From an uncultured delta proteobacterium (GTDB lineage Bacteria; Desulfobacterota; Desulfobacteria; Desulfobacterales; JAFDCJ01): a stretch of DNA of 64,000 nucleotides. Shown here one piece after another: positions 31,363-40,901 of this stretch. The position numbers and the translations under genes are program-made. The stretch's first letter is position 1, and each line of letters opens with the position of its first letter. A model generated the notes under the pieces. The model saw only the letters and a list, made by a program, of their open reading frames with translations. It had not been told where the DNA came from and made no database searches. The stretch is taken from positions 352,001-416,000 of the forward strand of contig CAVYNY010000010.1 of NCBI GenBank assembly GCA_963769935.1. Direction: 5' to 3'.

Positions 31363-32775
31363 ATGCTCATTCGTTTAGGTTTGGCAATTAAGGACAAGAG
31401 CCTGCGGCGGGAACTGTTGCACAAGTTGTCCGAATCCGATGTCCGGGTTGAAACCTTCGGCCCTTTGCGGTCGGTATGGCAACAAGTGGTGCGCAGCGGA
31501 TGCGATGTAATCGTTATCAGCGAATCGCTTATCATTCGGCCGATCGATACCGGTATTGAAATACTCAATGAATTGCCTGAAAACCCCACGATCGTCATTA
31601 TTCATGACAGTGATTCGTCCGAAGAACATGCCCTGCTGGCCGCCGCCGGCGCCGACGTCGTTCTTTATGCCGGCATTTCAAAAAAAAGCATGATCGAGGC
31701 CGTTGAAACAGCGTTGGAATCCCGCCGCCAATTTATTCAAAGGAGACGGTACGATCGCCGGGGGCAGACGGATCCTAAAATCTCCGATTTCGTTTCAGAA
31801 AGCCAGGCCATGCAGGTTTTCATGGAAGATGTCCATCAGGTGATTCGCAGCGACTCGCCCATACTGCTGGTGGGGGAAACCGGCGTTGGCAAGGAACATC
31901 TGGCCAAAGCCATTCATGCCGGGAGTCCGCGCTCAACCGGACCCTTTGTCTCGATCAATACGGCGGCCATGCCCGAACAACTGCTCGAAAGCGAGTTATT
32001 TGGTCACGAGCAGGGCGCTTTTACCGGTGCCATTCGATATCGTCGCGGCGCCTTTGAAATGGCCCACGGCGGAACCATATTTTTGGATGAAATCGGGGAG
32101 ATGCCGCTGCATTTGCAGGCCACGCTGCTTCGGGTTCTGCAGGACTATGAAGTCAAACCGGTGGGCGGGGAAAACGCCATTGAATTGGATGTGCGGGTCA
32201 TTGCAGCTACAAACCGGAACCTGGAAGAACTTGTCGAACTGGGTAATTTCCGGCAGGACCTTTACTACCGTCTAAGCGTCATGAAGCTCACGATTCCGCC
32301 TTTGCGGTATCGCAAGGAAGACATTCCTACGATGGTCAGGCGCTTTATGGCATATTTCCGCTACAAAATCGGTCGGGAAGTCAACGGCCTGGCCGATGAA
32401 GCGCTGCACGCGCTTTGCAGCTATGACTGGCCCGGAAATGTGCGCGAGCTGATGAATGTCATTGAGCGCGGCATATTGCTTTGCAAAACTGATAAAATTA
32501 CCATGGCTGAACTACCGGATGTGTTTCAGGGAAATGTTCGGAATCCGGGCGGTGATATGCCCGGCGTGAATTGGGGCGCTAATAATTGGCTCGACAAAAC
32601 GCTGCCGGAACTGCAAAAAGAAATCATGGATCAGGTTGAGCGGGTCTATCTCGAAATGGCCTTAAAGAAAACACGGGGGCGTGTCGACCAAACGGCCAGG
32701 ATCGCAGGCATCCATCCCAGGGGCTTGTACAACAAGATGAAACAGTTTGACCTCCGCAAAGAAGATTTCAAATAA
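31363..32775 (+). CDS. Sigma-54-dependent transcriptional activator (NtrC/Fis family) with atypical receiver-like N-terminus
   Basis: [38 protein letters not shown]-terminal HTH. Confidence 0.93.
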   Translation: MLIRLGLAIKDKSLRRELLHKLSESDVRVETFGPLRSVWQQVVRSGCDVIVISESLIIRPIDTGIEILNELPENPTIVIIHDSDSSEEHALLAAAGADVVLYAGISKKSMIEAVETALESRRQFIQRRRYDRRGQTDPKISDFVSESQAMQVFMEDVHQVIRSDSPILLVGETGVGKEHLAKAIHAGSPRSTGPFVSINTAAMPEQLLESELFGHEQGAFTGAIRYRRGAFEMAHGGTIFLDEIGEMPLHLQATLLRVLQDYEVKPVGGENAIELDVRVIAATNRNLEELVELGNFRQDLYYRLSVMKLTIPPLRYRKEDIPTMVRRFMAYFRYKIGREVNGLADEALHALCSYDWPGNVRELMNVIERGILLCKTDKITMAELPDVFQGNVRNPGGDMPGVNWGANNWLDKTLPELQKEIMDQVERVYLEMALKKTRGRVDQTARIAGIHPRGLYNKMKQFDLRKEDFK

Positions 32776-32798
32776 GAGTGAAATTGTGCCCCTCTTAT

Positions 32799-33905
32799 CT
32801 AATCCCCAATAAATCTTTCCAGCTGTAAAAGGGCTTCAGGCAGATTTTTGCGCCCGAAACCGATACGAAAATGATTGCCGCCGTCATCGTACAAAGCCCC
32901 CGGCAAAAGAAGCACACCGGCTGATTCTATGAGCCTCTGAGAGAAATGCACCACATCTTCACCCATCAGTCGTGGAAACCCGATAGCGCCGGCCTTTGGC
33001 CGCTGCCATGTAAACCGATCCCTATGTCGGGCAAAAAAAGCGTCCAGCACTGCCAGATTGTCGGCTATAATTCCCATGTTGCGCTCTACCAGTTTTTGCC
33101 GGTGGTGCAATGCCAGCTCGGCCAGAAACTCACTCGGCGCGCTGTTGCAAATTGTCGTGTAATCCTTCAGGGCAGCCATTTTCTTATAGACATCTTTATT
33201 GCGGGTTGCGATCCAGCCGATCCGCAGCCCGGCAAGTCCGTAGGTCTTTGACATTACACCAAGCGACACGCTGTGTTCTCCCAGGTCACAAGCAGCCGGC
33301 AGCCGGTCCTCCTGGCGGTGCTCTGATTCGCGATAGACTTCATCGGAAAAAAGAATAATCCCCCTCTCCCGGCAAATATGAGCTACTTCTAAAAACATGT
33401 CCGCGGCCATTAGATGTCCGGTCGGATTATGCGGGGTATTGATGATGACGGTTTTCGTATTGGGACGAATATGCTGCTGCAGTTCAGCCAAATCAGGCGA
33501 CCAGCCATTTTCTTCACGCGCATTCCAAAGGGTCACCTGACAGCCGATGCTGCGGGCGACTTCGCAAAGCGATTGATAGCAGGGCCAGTGAACAATGACA
33601 TGATCTCCGGCATCAAGCACCGCGTGCATGAAAAGGAAAATCGCCTCCTCGGCACCGGTATGAACCAGCACCTGGTGCGGCTCGATATTTTTGTATAAAG
33701 CACAGATTGCACGCTGCAGGGTGGGGCTGCCCTGGGATTCGGTATAACCGAGCCGGTGTTGAAGAAACTGATCGAGCGCCCCCGGCTCCAACGCCAGTAT
33801 ATCTTGAATTGAAAATGACTCACAATCGGAGGCGCACAATACATATTTCACATTGAATTCATGCCGGGCAAAATACCGTTCAAGTTTAAAATCAGCAATG
33901 TGCAT
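32799..33905 (-). CDS. Class I/II PLP-dependent aminotransferase
   Basis: INTPHNPTG, FSDEVY, MSKTYGLAGLRIGW. Confidence 0.92.
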   Translation of the reverse strand: MHIADFKLERYFARHEFNVKYVLCASDCESFSIQDILALEPGALDQFLQHRLGYTESQGSPTLQRAICALYKNIEPHQVLVHTGAEEAIFLFMHAVLDAGDHVIVHWPCYQSLCEVARSIGCQVTLWNAREENGWSPDLAELQQHIRPNTKTVIINTPHNPTGHLMAADMFLEVAHICRERGIILFSDEVYRESEHRQEDRLPAACDLGEHSVSLGVMSKTYGLAGLRIGWIATRNKDVYKKMAALKDYTTICNSAPSEFLAELALHHRQKLVERNMGIIADNLAVLDAFFARHRDRFTWQRPKAGAIGFPRLMGEDVVHFSQRLIESAGVLLLPGALYDDGGNHFRIGFGRKNLPEALLQLERFIGD

Positions 33906-33998
33906 GATAATCAAGCTCCCGCCGAAAATTGAATGATGGAGCAAAGCGAATTCCGCTAAAAAATCTCTGCGTTCTCAGCGGTTGGCTGTATTTTTGAA

Positions 33999-34613
33999 TT
34001 AACACCGCAGCGCCAGGCACAGGGCATCCTTTTCAGGGGAGTGAAAGGGCAAAAAAGAAAACAGGGATACAGATCTCCAGGCATTGTGGCCGGATATGGT
34101 GCGATTAAATGCATCGGCATCCTTGAACCCGACGTTATCAGCCACCAAAAGCCCCCCTTTTACGAGCAGCCTCCGGCATTCGGGCAGGACCTTGATATAA
34201 TCCTTTTTTTCGATATCCAGAAAAACAAAGTCGAAATCGCCCTGCAGTCGCGGCAGCATTTCCACGGCGTTTGCCTGGTGGATTTCGATGCGATTCGAGA
34301 CGCCGGCTTTGCGGAAATTCTCTTGTGCGCTGGCGGCCATATCAGCATTATTTTCGAAAGTCAGCACGAGCCCATTGACCGGCTCGCAGGCCCTGGCCAG
34401 ATAAATCGCCGAGTAGCCGGTGGCGGTGCCCAGTTCCAGAATGCTTTTAGCCTTGGTCGCAGCCGCCAATACAAAAAGCAGTTCCCCGGCCACCGGACCG
34501 ACGATTGGAATGTTTTCCTTTTCGGCCTGAGCTTCCAGTTCCATCATTAAAGCGTCCCGCGGCGGGATAAGTGTTCTGAAATAATTTTCAGGGTCATTTA
34601 CGATTTCGGACAT
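33999..34613 (-). CDS. SAM-dependent O-methyltransferase
   Basis: ILELGTATGYSAI, FDFVFLDIEK, GGLLVADNV. Confidence 0.92.
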   Translation of the reverse strand: MSEIVNDPENYFRTLIPPRDALMMELEAQAEKENIPIVGPVAGELLFVLAAATKAKSILELGTATGYSAIYLARACEPVNGLVLTFENNADMAASAQENFRKAGVSNRIEIHQANAVEMLPRLQGDFDFVFLDIEKKDYIKVLPECRRLLVKGGLLVADNVGFKDADAFNRTISGHNAWRSVSLFSFLPFHSPEKDALCLALRC

Positions 34614-34691
34614 TTCTACCTCCGACGCCATATATTTCTGAAAGCGGATTAGTCATTTTGATCCTGCTGAAAGCGAGATTAGTTCCTTTTT

Positions 34692-35423
34692 TTAACCCCG
34701 GCCGACAAAAGGCATGCTTACCGGCAGCACGATCGTTTCCAGCATGTTCACCTCGGGCGGCAGCGCGGCAATCGTCACTGCGACCCGCGCCAGATCATCG
34801 GGAGACATGACCCCTTCCCGGCGGGCAATTTCCTCACGTCCCTGCCAGATGGGTGTCGCGGTATTGCCGGGGTGGATAATACTGACGGCAATTCCGTACT
34901 CACGGGCGTCGAGAGCAAGGGATCGCGTCAGGCCTTCCAGGCCGAACTTTGACGTTGTGTAGGGCGCAGAATTGATACGCGGAACTTTGGCCGAAATGCT
35001 GCCGATGTTGATAATGCGCCCGGAGCGCTGGGTCTTCATTATTTTGAACGCTTCGCGGCTACAGAGAAATGCGCCGGTCAGATTGACGCCGAGCACCCGC
35101 TGCCAGACTTCCAGACTCACCTCCTCGGTCGGGCCCCCCTGCGAGACACCGGCATTGTTAACCAGAATATCAACCCGGCCATATGTATCCACCGTCTGCC
35201 GGAAAAGGTCTTTCACCTCATCTTCGGCGGTCACGTCCGTCTGAATAACGTAAACCTGACCGCCGGCGCTCCGAATTTCATCAGCGGCCACCTCGAGCTT
35301 TTCCCGACTGCGGGAAGCCAGCACCGTCTTGGCCCCCTCGGCTGCAAAGGCCGCCGCGATGCTTTGACCGATGCCGGTGCTCGCTCCTGTAATAACCGCA
35401 ATACGATCCTGCAATTGTCCCAT
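34692..35423 (-). CDS. Short-chain dehydrogenase/reductase
   Basis: TGASTGIG, NNAG, YTTSK. Confidence 0.94.
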   Translation of the reverse strand: MGQLQDRIAVITGASTGIGQSIAAAFAAEGAKTVLASRSREKLEVAADEIRSAGGQVYVIQTDVTAEDEVKDLFRQTVDTYGRVDILVNNAGVSQGGPTEEVSLEVWQRVLGVNLTGAFLCSREAFKIMKTQRSGRIINIGSISAKVPRINSAPYTTSKFGLEGLTRSLALDAREYGIAVSIIHPGNTATPIWQGREEIARREGVMSPDDLARVAVTIAALPPEVNMLETIVLPVSMPFVGRG

Positions 35424-35445
35424 CTATGCATCCTCCAAATTGATG

Positions 35446-35739
35446 TCATTCCTGTTTTAGCATCTCTTCGGCAAGCCGCTTCCACTCTTCCTCGAGTGGT
35501 ATGTCAGGTCTCTTCCTGCCTGCACGTGAGTACCAATAATCGGCATTCCACAATACCCCCTCCTCCCGGTGCAAATAACCGTGGACGGCGCTGCCCTGAA
35601 CTGTTGGTATCTCCTGCGCAATGGAGTGGGCCGTATCCCATTCCCCTTTTTTATCCCACCAGAGCGAAGTCAACGTCTCGGAAAGTTCAGCAGGAGATTC
35701 TTCGTCATCGATACTCTTGATAAACTCATCGAAGGTCAT
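35446..35739 (-). CDS. Conserved hypothetical small protein
   Basis: WDTAHSIAQ...VHGYLHREEG...NADYWYSRAG; co-oriented with the SDR gene. Confidence 0.8.
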   Translation of the reverse strand: MTFDEFIKSIDDEESPAELSETLTSLWWDKKGEWDTAHSIAQEIPTVQGSAVHGYLHREEGVLWNADYWYSRAGRKRPDIPLEEEWKRLAEEMLKQE

Positions 35740-35865
35740 TGCAGCTCCCGGCAAACCAAATGATAAACCATGTGGAAGGTGTTATAAAACATTAAAATCC
35801 CAAATCTCAAGCACCAAATAACAAATATATTTTCTTTTTAACACGATTTTCGTAAAATAGCCGAC

Positions 35866-38010
35866 ATGATCAGAAATGCCGAATCCGGAAAGCCGGAAAA
35901 AATAATCACCACCGCCTGCTCCTACGACTGCGGTGGCCGGTGCCTTTTAAAAGTGCATGTGTCCGGCGGCAGAATCACCCGGATCGCCACCGACGACAGT
36001 CCCGGCCCCGGTCTGAAGGCCTGTATCCGGGGACTGTCTCAAAAAGAAGTTGTGTATTCACCGCAACGGTTGAACCGGCCGCTGAAAAGAATCGGCGTGC
36101 GGGGCAGCGGGCAATTTGAACCGATTGGATGGGATGAGGCTCTTGAAATAGTATGCGCCGAATTAACTCGGGTCAAAGAAAAAAATGGACCCAATTCCAT
36201 TTTCCTCATTGACTATTCGGGTAATGAAGGTGCCCTGCACTGTTCCCGCGGCCTGGCGACCCTCCGATTTTTTAATCTGTTCGGCGGATGCAGCGTCATC
36301 AGCGGCAACACCTCGATGGAGGCGGCCGTTTTTGCATCGCAAACCACTTTGGGTACCACATTTACCGGCAACAGCCGCGGCAACCTGTTTTACTCCCGAT
36401 TGATTATCCTGTGGGGCTGGAATCCGATGATCTCCCGTTTCGGGCCGGATACGGTCTCCCACCTGGCCGCGGCCAAAAAGAGGGGCGCCAAAATCATCTG
36501 CGTGGACCCGCGCTTTAGTCCCTCGGCCAAATCGCTGGCGGATAAATGGCTTGCCGTCAGGCCGGGCACCGATACCGCCATGCTGCTTGCCATGGCCCAC
36601 GTTATGATTGCCGAAGATCTGTATGATCGTAAATTTGTAAAAACCTATACCGAGGGCTTCGAAAAATTCAAAGCGTATGTAACGGGAGAAGAAGACGGTG
36701 TGCCCAAAACACCCCGCTGGGCCGCCGGCATCACGGGGGTACCGGATGATGAAATCACTGCCCTTGCACAGCAATATGCTTTAATGAAGCCGGCAGCCCT
36801 TTATGCGGGATGGGCACCCGGCCGCACCGCCTACGGCGAGCAATTCCACCGGGCGGCGATTACCCTGGCGGCCATGACCGCCAACATTGGCAACAGGGGC
36901 GGCCATGTGGCCGGTGGAACCGGTTATATGGGGCTGGGAGCCGTGGCCCAGCCGTTTTCCGTACCGCGACGGCCCAATCCATCAATCCATATGACCAAGA
37001 TTTACGATGCCCTTCTGGAAGGTAAAGACGGCGGATTTCCGGCTGATATCAAGCTGGTTTATATTGTTGGATGCAATCTTTTAAACCAGTTTCTGAATGT
37101 CAACAAAGGTGTAAAAGCATTGAGGCGCCCGGACTTTATTGTAGTCCACGATCTTTTTATGACGCCCACCGCCCGCTTCGCAGATATTGTTTTGCCGGTT
37201 GCCCATTTTTTTGAAAAAGAAGATATCGGAAAACCATGGCTCGGCGGCCCCTATAACATCTACATGAATCGGATCATAGACCCTTTGCCCGAAACCCGCT
37301 CGGATCTGGCAATATTTTCACAGCTGGCTGAACGTCTGGGGCTAAAAGATTTTAATTTAAAAACAGACGAAGAATATTTAAAGGAAATGACGGCTAACAC
37401 ACCGGAGCTTCCCGCATACAACACATTCAAACAGCAAGGAGTCCACCGAATCGAATTAAAGCACCCCCGGTTTGCCTTCCGCAGACAGATCGAAGATCCG
37501 CAAAATTATCCCTTCCCGACCCCATCGGGGAAAATCGAAATTTACAGCCGCAAGATTGCGGAAATGAACCATGATCGGATTCCTCCTATACCGAAATATT
37601 TTGAGCCATGGGAAGATCCGGGGGATGACAGGCTGGGAAAATATCCGATCCAGCTCGTCAGTCCCCATGCCAAGGGCCGGGTAAACTCCCAGTTTGACAA
37701 CATCCCCCGTTTGAAAGCAAAATGTGACGATGCCGTCTGGATAAATTCCGAAGATGCCCGTCGGCGCGGTATCTCCGACGGCAACCGGGTGATCGTCTTC
37801 AATGACTGCGGCGGCTTGCGCGCGACGGCCAAAGTCACCGACCGGATTATGCCCGGTGTGGCCGGCCTGGAGGCGGGAGCCTGGTACCGGCCGGATGCCG
37901 CGGGAATTGATAACGGTGGCTGCGTCAATGTGCTTACCCAAGATGAAATGTCGCCGGCAGGAGCATTTGCCTGTAACAGCTGTCTGGTGGAGATCGCACC
38001 GGATAAATAA
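35866..38010 (+). CDS. Molybdopterin-dependent oxidoreductase (DmsA/BisC-like catalytic subunit)
   Basis: CSYDCGGRC...C Fe-S motif, [37 protein letters not shown]. Confidence 0.92.
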   Translation: MIRNAESGKPEKIITTACSYDCGGRCLLKVHVSGGRITRIATDDSPGPGLKACIRGLSQKEVVYSPQRLNRPLKRIGVRGSGQFEPIGWDEALEIVCAELTRVKEKNGPNSIFLIDYSGNEGALHCSRGLATLRFFNLFGGCSVISGNTSMEAAVFASQTTLGTTFTGNSRGNLFYSRLIILWGWNPMISRFGPDTVSHLAAAKKRGAKIICVDPRFSPSAKSLADKWLAVRPGTDTAMLLAMAHVMIAEDLYDRKFVKTYTEGFEKFKAYVTGEEDGVPKTPRWAAGITGVPDDEITALAQQYALMKPAALYAGWAPGRTAYGEQFHRAAITLAAMTANIGNRGGHVAGGTGYMGLGAVAQPFSVPRRPNPSIHMTKIYDALLEGKDGGFPADIKLVYIVGCNLLNQFLNVNKGVKALRRPDFIVVHDLFMTPTARFADIVLPVAHFFEKEDIGKPWLGGPYNIYMNRIIDPLPETRSDLAIFSQLAERLGLKDFNLKTDEEYLKEMTANTPELPAYNTFKQQGVHRIELKHPRFAFRRQIEDPQNYPFPTPSGKIEIYSRKIAEMNHDRIPPIPKYFEPWEDPGDDRLGKYPIQLVSPHAKGRVNSQFDNIPRLKAKCDDAVWINSEDARRRGISDGNRVIVFNDCGGLRATAKVTDRIMPGVAGLEAGAWYRPDAAGIDNGGCVNVLTQDEMSPAGAFACNSCLVEIAPDK

Positions 38011-38167
38011 CTACAGGATTCTGACATTGCAAATCCGGTTCATATGTCGACAGTCGATTACGCCGCTTTTCAGGACGCGACCGGAGATTTATTGCAGCAG
38101 GTTTTACAAAAAAAAGTTGAACCGGGTGCCCAGAATCCTTTTTTAAGAATCTTTTCAAAAAAAACGA

Positions 38168-38656
38168 TTAGGGAGCCCAATCACTGCCCGCGTCCGGTCC
38201 CCATAGAAATGGACTATTGGGCATGACCGCGATTTGATTATCACCCAAAAATTTCACGGTGGTTTGACTGATGGCCGAATAGAGAATTCCGACTTTTTTG
38301 CCATTTGGATCCAAAATGTCGGCGCCGAACTTTTGATATCCGTAATCCTCCCAAACCCACCTGACCATTTCTTTGAATTCTTTAGTATCCGGCGCCGCCT
38401 CATGCCACATTTTAGAATGCAATTCATATTTGGGTTCTATACCGAATATGACATACGGCTCCGTATCGTATCCGTAATAATAATACTTGTATTCCATCGG
38501 CAGGCGGTCGGATTCAAATGCCTCCTGGGTCTGCTGGTCTACCTGGAGACTCCCGTATCTTCCGCCGCAGCTGATCAGCAACGCCACAATGACCGTTGCC
38601 AGACTGATCAGCAATGATTTCTCAATCAGATTATTTTTATTAATTGCAATTGCCAT
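38168..38656 (-). CDS. Hypothetical lipoprotein
   Basis: Hydrophobic leader ending in lipobox LISC. Confidence 0.75.
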   Translation of the reverse strand: MAIAINKNNLIEKSLLISLATVIVALLISCGGRYGSLQVDQQTQEAFESDRLPMEYKYYYYGYDTEPYVIFGIEPKYELHSKMWHEAAPDTKEFKEMVRWVWEDYGYQKFGADILDPNGKKVGILYSAISQTTVKFLGDNQIAVMPNSPFLWGPDAGSDWAP

Positions 38657-38763
38657 AATCCCTCCCTGTAGGCAATATGAAACAAACTACTTAAAATTGG
38701 TGAACCTTTTTTCACATTAATCATTGCAAGCCGTTAGCTGCAAGTGTATGAAATAAACAGTTG

Positions 38764-39267
38764 CTAATATTTTTTCATAAGTTCCAAAATAACCTGATTC
38801 GAAAATCCTCTTGAATAAAGAAATCGGTAAATTTTGTCGTTCCTTTTTAGGCGGTCATTTTCCCGACCAAATCTCTTGATATTTTTAATCAGAACCCGCT
38901 CGGCATTTTCCCGTTCAACGACATCAGTGACCTTTTCCAGAAAAATATCTGCAATGCGCTTGCCTGTTAATCCTTTCCTGTTCAATTCATGCTGAATGCG
39001 CTTTGCACCGCAACCTTTTCTGAGCAGCTGACCAATGAACACCTGCGCCGTACGCTCATCATTAAGATAATCCAAACGCTCAAACTCCAGGAAAACTTTT
39101 TCAATAATATCGTCTTCAAAATCCCGCTGTTTTAATTTTTGGCCAAGCTCATATTTTGAATGGTCCCTTCTCGTCAATAACCGCAGGGCTGTATTAAAAG
39201 CCTTCTTGTAGTTGCCCTTTGAAATTCGGGACGTATCGTTGGTTTCCGATTGGTGGTCGCGGATCAA
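38764..39267 (-). CDS. recX: Regulatory protein RecX
   Basis: ALRLLTRRDHSKYEL, YLNDER, GAKRIQHELNRKG, RFLYSRGF; probable TTG start at 39267. Confidence 0.88.
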   Translation of the reverse strand: MIRDHQSETNDTSRISKGNYKKAFNTALRLLTRRDHSKYELGQKLKQRDFEDDIIEKVFLEFERLDYLNDERTAQVFIGQLLRKGCGAKRIQHELNRKGLTGKRIADIFLEKVTDVVERENAERVLIKNIKRFGRENDRLKRNDKIYRFLYSRGFSNQVILELMKKY

Positions 39268-39278
39268 TGGATTTCCTT

Positions 39279-39470
39279 CTAATTGCGTTGGGGGTCGTAG
39301 CCGCAATTTACAACTCTGGTCATATTATCCTGATCCAGCGGATCTTCAAACAGGACGGTACGTGTGATTTGCAGGCAACGCTGAAGTGATGCCTTAAAGC
39401 AATACGGAGAGAAGTGAGCGGTACCCACCAGATAGGATCTTTTGCGGTTTTTTTCCACCTGCCAGATCAT
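39279..39470 (-). pseudogene. N-terminal remnant of a TraB/GumN-family protein
   Basis: MIWQVEKNRKRSYLVGTAHF...VLFEDPLD resembles the GumN N-terminus (GTxH, xFE); it stops after about 63 aa. Confidence 0.6.
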
Positions 39471-39667
39471 TAACTGAGCGTTTCCAGGTTCAGGGTTCGG
39501 CGTTGCCGCCGGCCTGCGGAGCGGCCGGTTTGGCCAAAAAGTAACAGAAAAAAGCACGGCGGTAAAGAGATAAACGCAGATAGAGACGAGACCGGCCTGA
39601 TCAATTTATCTTCTTTGAGCAGGTACGGTGCTGATAAGATAGGAGGATGGATGTCCGCAATCAAATT

Positions 39668-40147
39668 TCAAAACGTCGGTCGATGAAGTCCCTGCCAAAT
39701 GCCGGTATTGCAGCTATGCCCTGCATACTTAGGCGCCCTGTGCGGGTGAAGTAGTTTGTTAAGCCCCTGGAGTAGCTTAAACCTCCCGCGGCCTTCAGTG
39801 TAATTTCGAATGAAATATTTTAATTGTGACTTTTGCCGGGGCATCAGCTTACCGAATTTCAGGCTGAAGCGCCGGCCATCGAGAAGATTAACGGGGCGTG
39901 TGGGAAATGCTTTAAAGTTTGAGATCAATTCAAAGGGAAGATTTTCCATATAAAAGCTGCAATCAGCCACCATGATTTCCAGCCTGGATGATTCGTTCAT
40001 CCGCAGGGCATCCTCATCGACATATACGCCGAGCCCACCCATAGCGATATCTAAAATCGGAACCAGTTTAACCGGTTGGTCATTTATCACTGCAAATGCA
40101 TTGTCTTTGACTCTGTAACGCGGCTGTTTTCTCCGTTCAACTGGCAT
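39668..40147 (-). CDS. PilZ domain protein
   Basis: ERRKQPR (RxxxR) and DIAMGG (DxSxxG-like). Confidence 0.85.
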   Translation of the reverse strand: MPVERRKQPRYRVKDNAFAVINDQPVKLVPILDIAMGGLGVYVDEDALRMNESSRLEIMVADCSFYMENLPFELISNFKAFPTRPVNLLDGRRFSLKFGKLMPRQKSQLKYFIRNYTEGRGRFKLLQGLNKLLHPHRAPKYAGHSCNTGIWQGLHRPTF

Positions 40148-40371
40148 ATGATCGTCGCCTCCCACATTAAACCGCTTGCATCCGGCGATAATGCGAAAAT
40201 GAGCCAGAAGTTTCGGTTTCCGCTGCCCGCACCGTCCGAGAGTAGATTATAGATTGCGACCTGGAATCAACCGGTGATTGAAAATTAACCTTGGTTTGCC
40301 GGACATCTTTTATAGTCTGATAATTAATACCACAATGTATATTGTCAATAAGGCGGATGCTAAAAAAATGC

Positions 40372-40398
40372 TAAAGTTTAGAGGCAATTGACCGATAA
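40372..40398 (+). promoter_or_regulatory. Sigma-28 (FliA) promoter of flgM
   Basis: TAAAGTTT-N11-ACCGATAA versus consensus TAAAGTTT-N11-GCCGATAA. Confidence 0.85.
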
Positions 40399-40478
40399 TA
40401 ATGTTGCAACCCAATTTGACACGGATTTGATACTGAGTTAAGCTTATTAACAGAGTTACGGACGAAGGAGAAGTGACA

Positions 40479-40787
40479 ATGGAAATAGAAAAAAGCCAGG
40501 GCATTCAAATCGATGCTTATGTGAACCAGGTTCATGATAAAAATAAAGTCGACCCCTCCCCTAGCAAACTTGACAAAGCGCCGGCAAAAACCGATACGGT
40601 GGTAATTTCCGATGCCGCCAAACGAATCCAGGAAATCAGGAATCAACTGGACGAGATTCCCGACGTGCGCGAGGAGAAAGTCGCCCAGCTCAAGAATCAA
40701 ATCGAGAACGGAACGTACCAGATAAACCCGGATAAAATTGCGGAAAAGATTATCAAGGAGGGCCTTATCAACGAGGGGATAAAGTAA
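40479..40787 (+). CDS. flgM: Anti-sigma-28 factor FlgM
   Basis: DTVVIS, PDVREEKVAQLKNQIENGTYQINPDKIAEKI. Confidence 0.93.
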   Translation: MEIEKSQGIQIDAYVNQVHDKNKVDPSPSKLDKAPAKTDTVVISDAAKRIQEIRNQLDEIPDVREEKVAQLKNQIENGTYQINPDKIAEKIIKEGLINEGIK

Positions 40788-40866
40788 CCCGCTCGTTGCG
40801 CCTGTCTATCCCATTGGAACGGATTCAATCCAAAGTAACATCACATCGTACTCTGCCTGAAACGCA

Positions 40867-40895
40867 AAATCCCGGGATTTTCCCGGGATTTTTTT
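40867..40895. terminator. Bidirectional intrinsic terminator between flgM and sppA
   Basis: aaaatcccggga-tttt-cccgggattttttt. Confidence 0.7.
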
Positions 40896-40901
40896 GTTTT
40901 G

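Noticed and set aside
32799..35739. Aminotransferase, O-methyltransferase and SDR as part of the sigma-54 biosynthetic cluster
   Set aside because: A separate transcription unit converging on the activator, made of common families; linkage is unsupported without synteny data.
38011..38226. Short ORF or possible gene remnant after the molybdoenzyme
   Set aside because: No recognisable family, and it overlaps the convergent lipoprotein gene.
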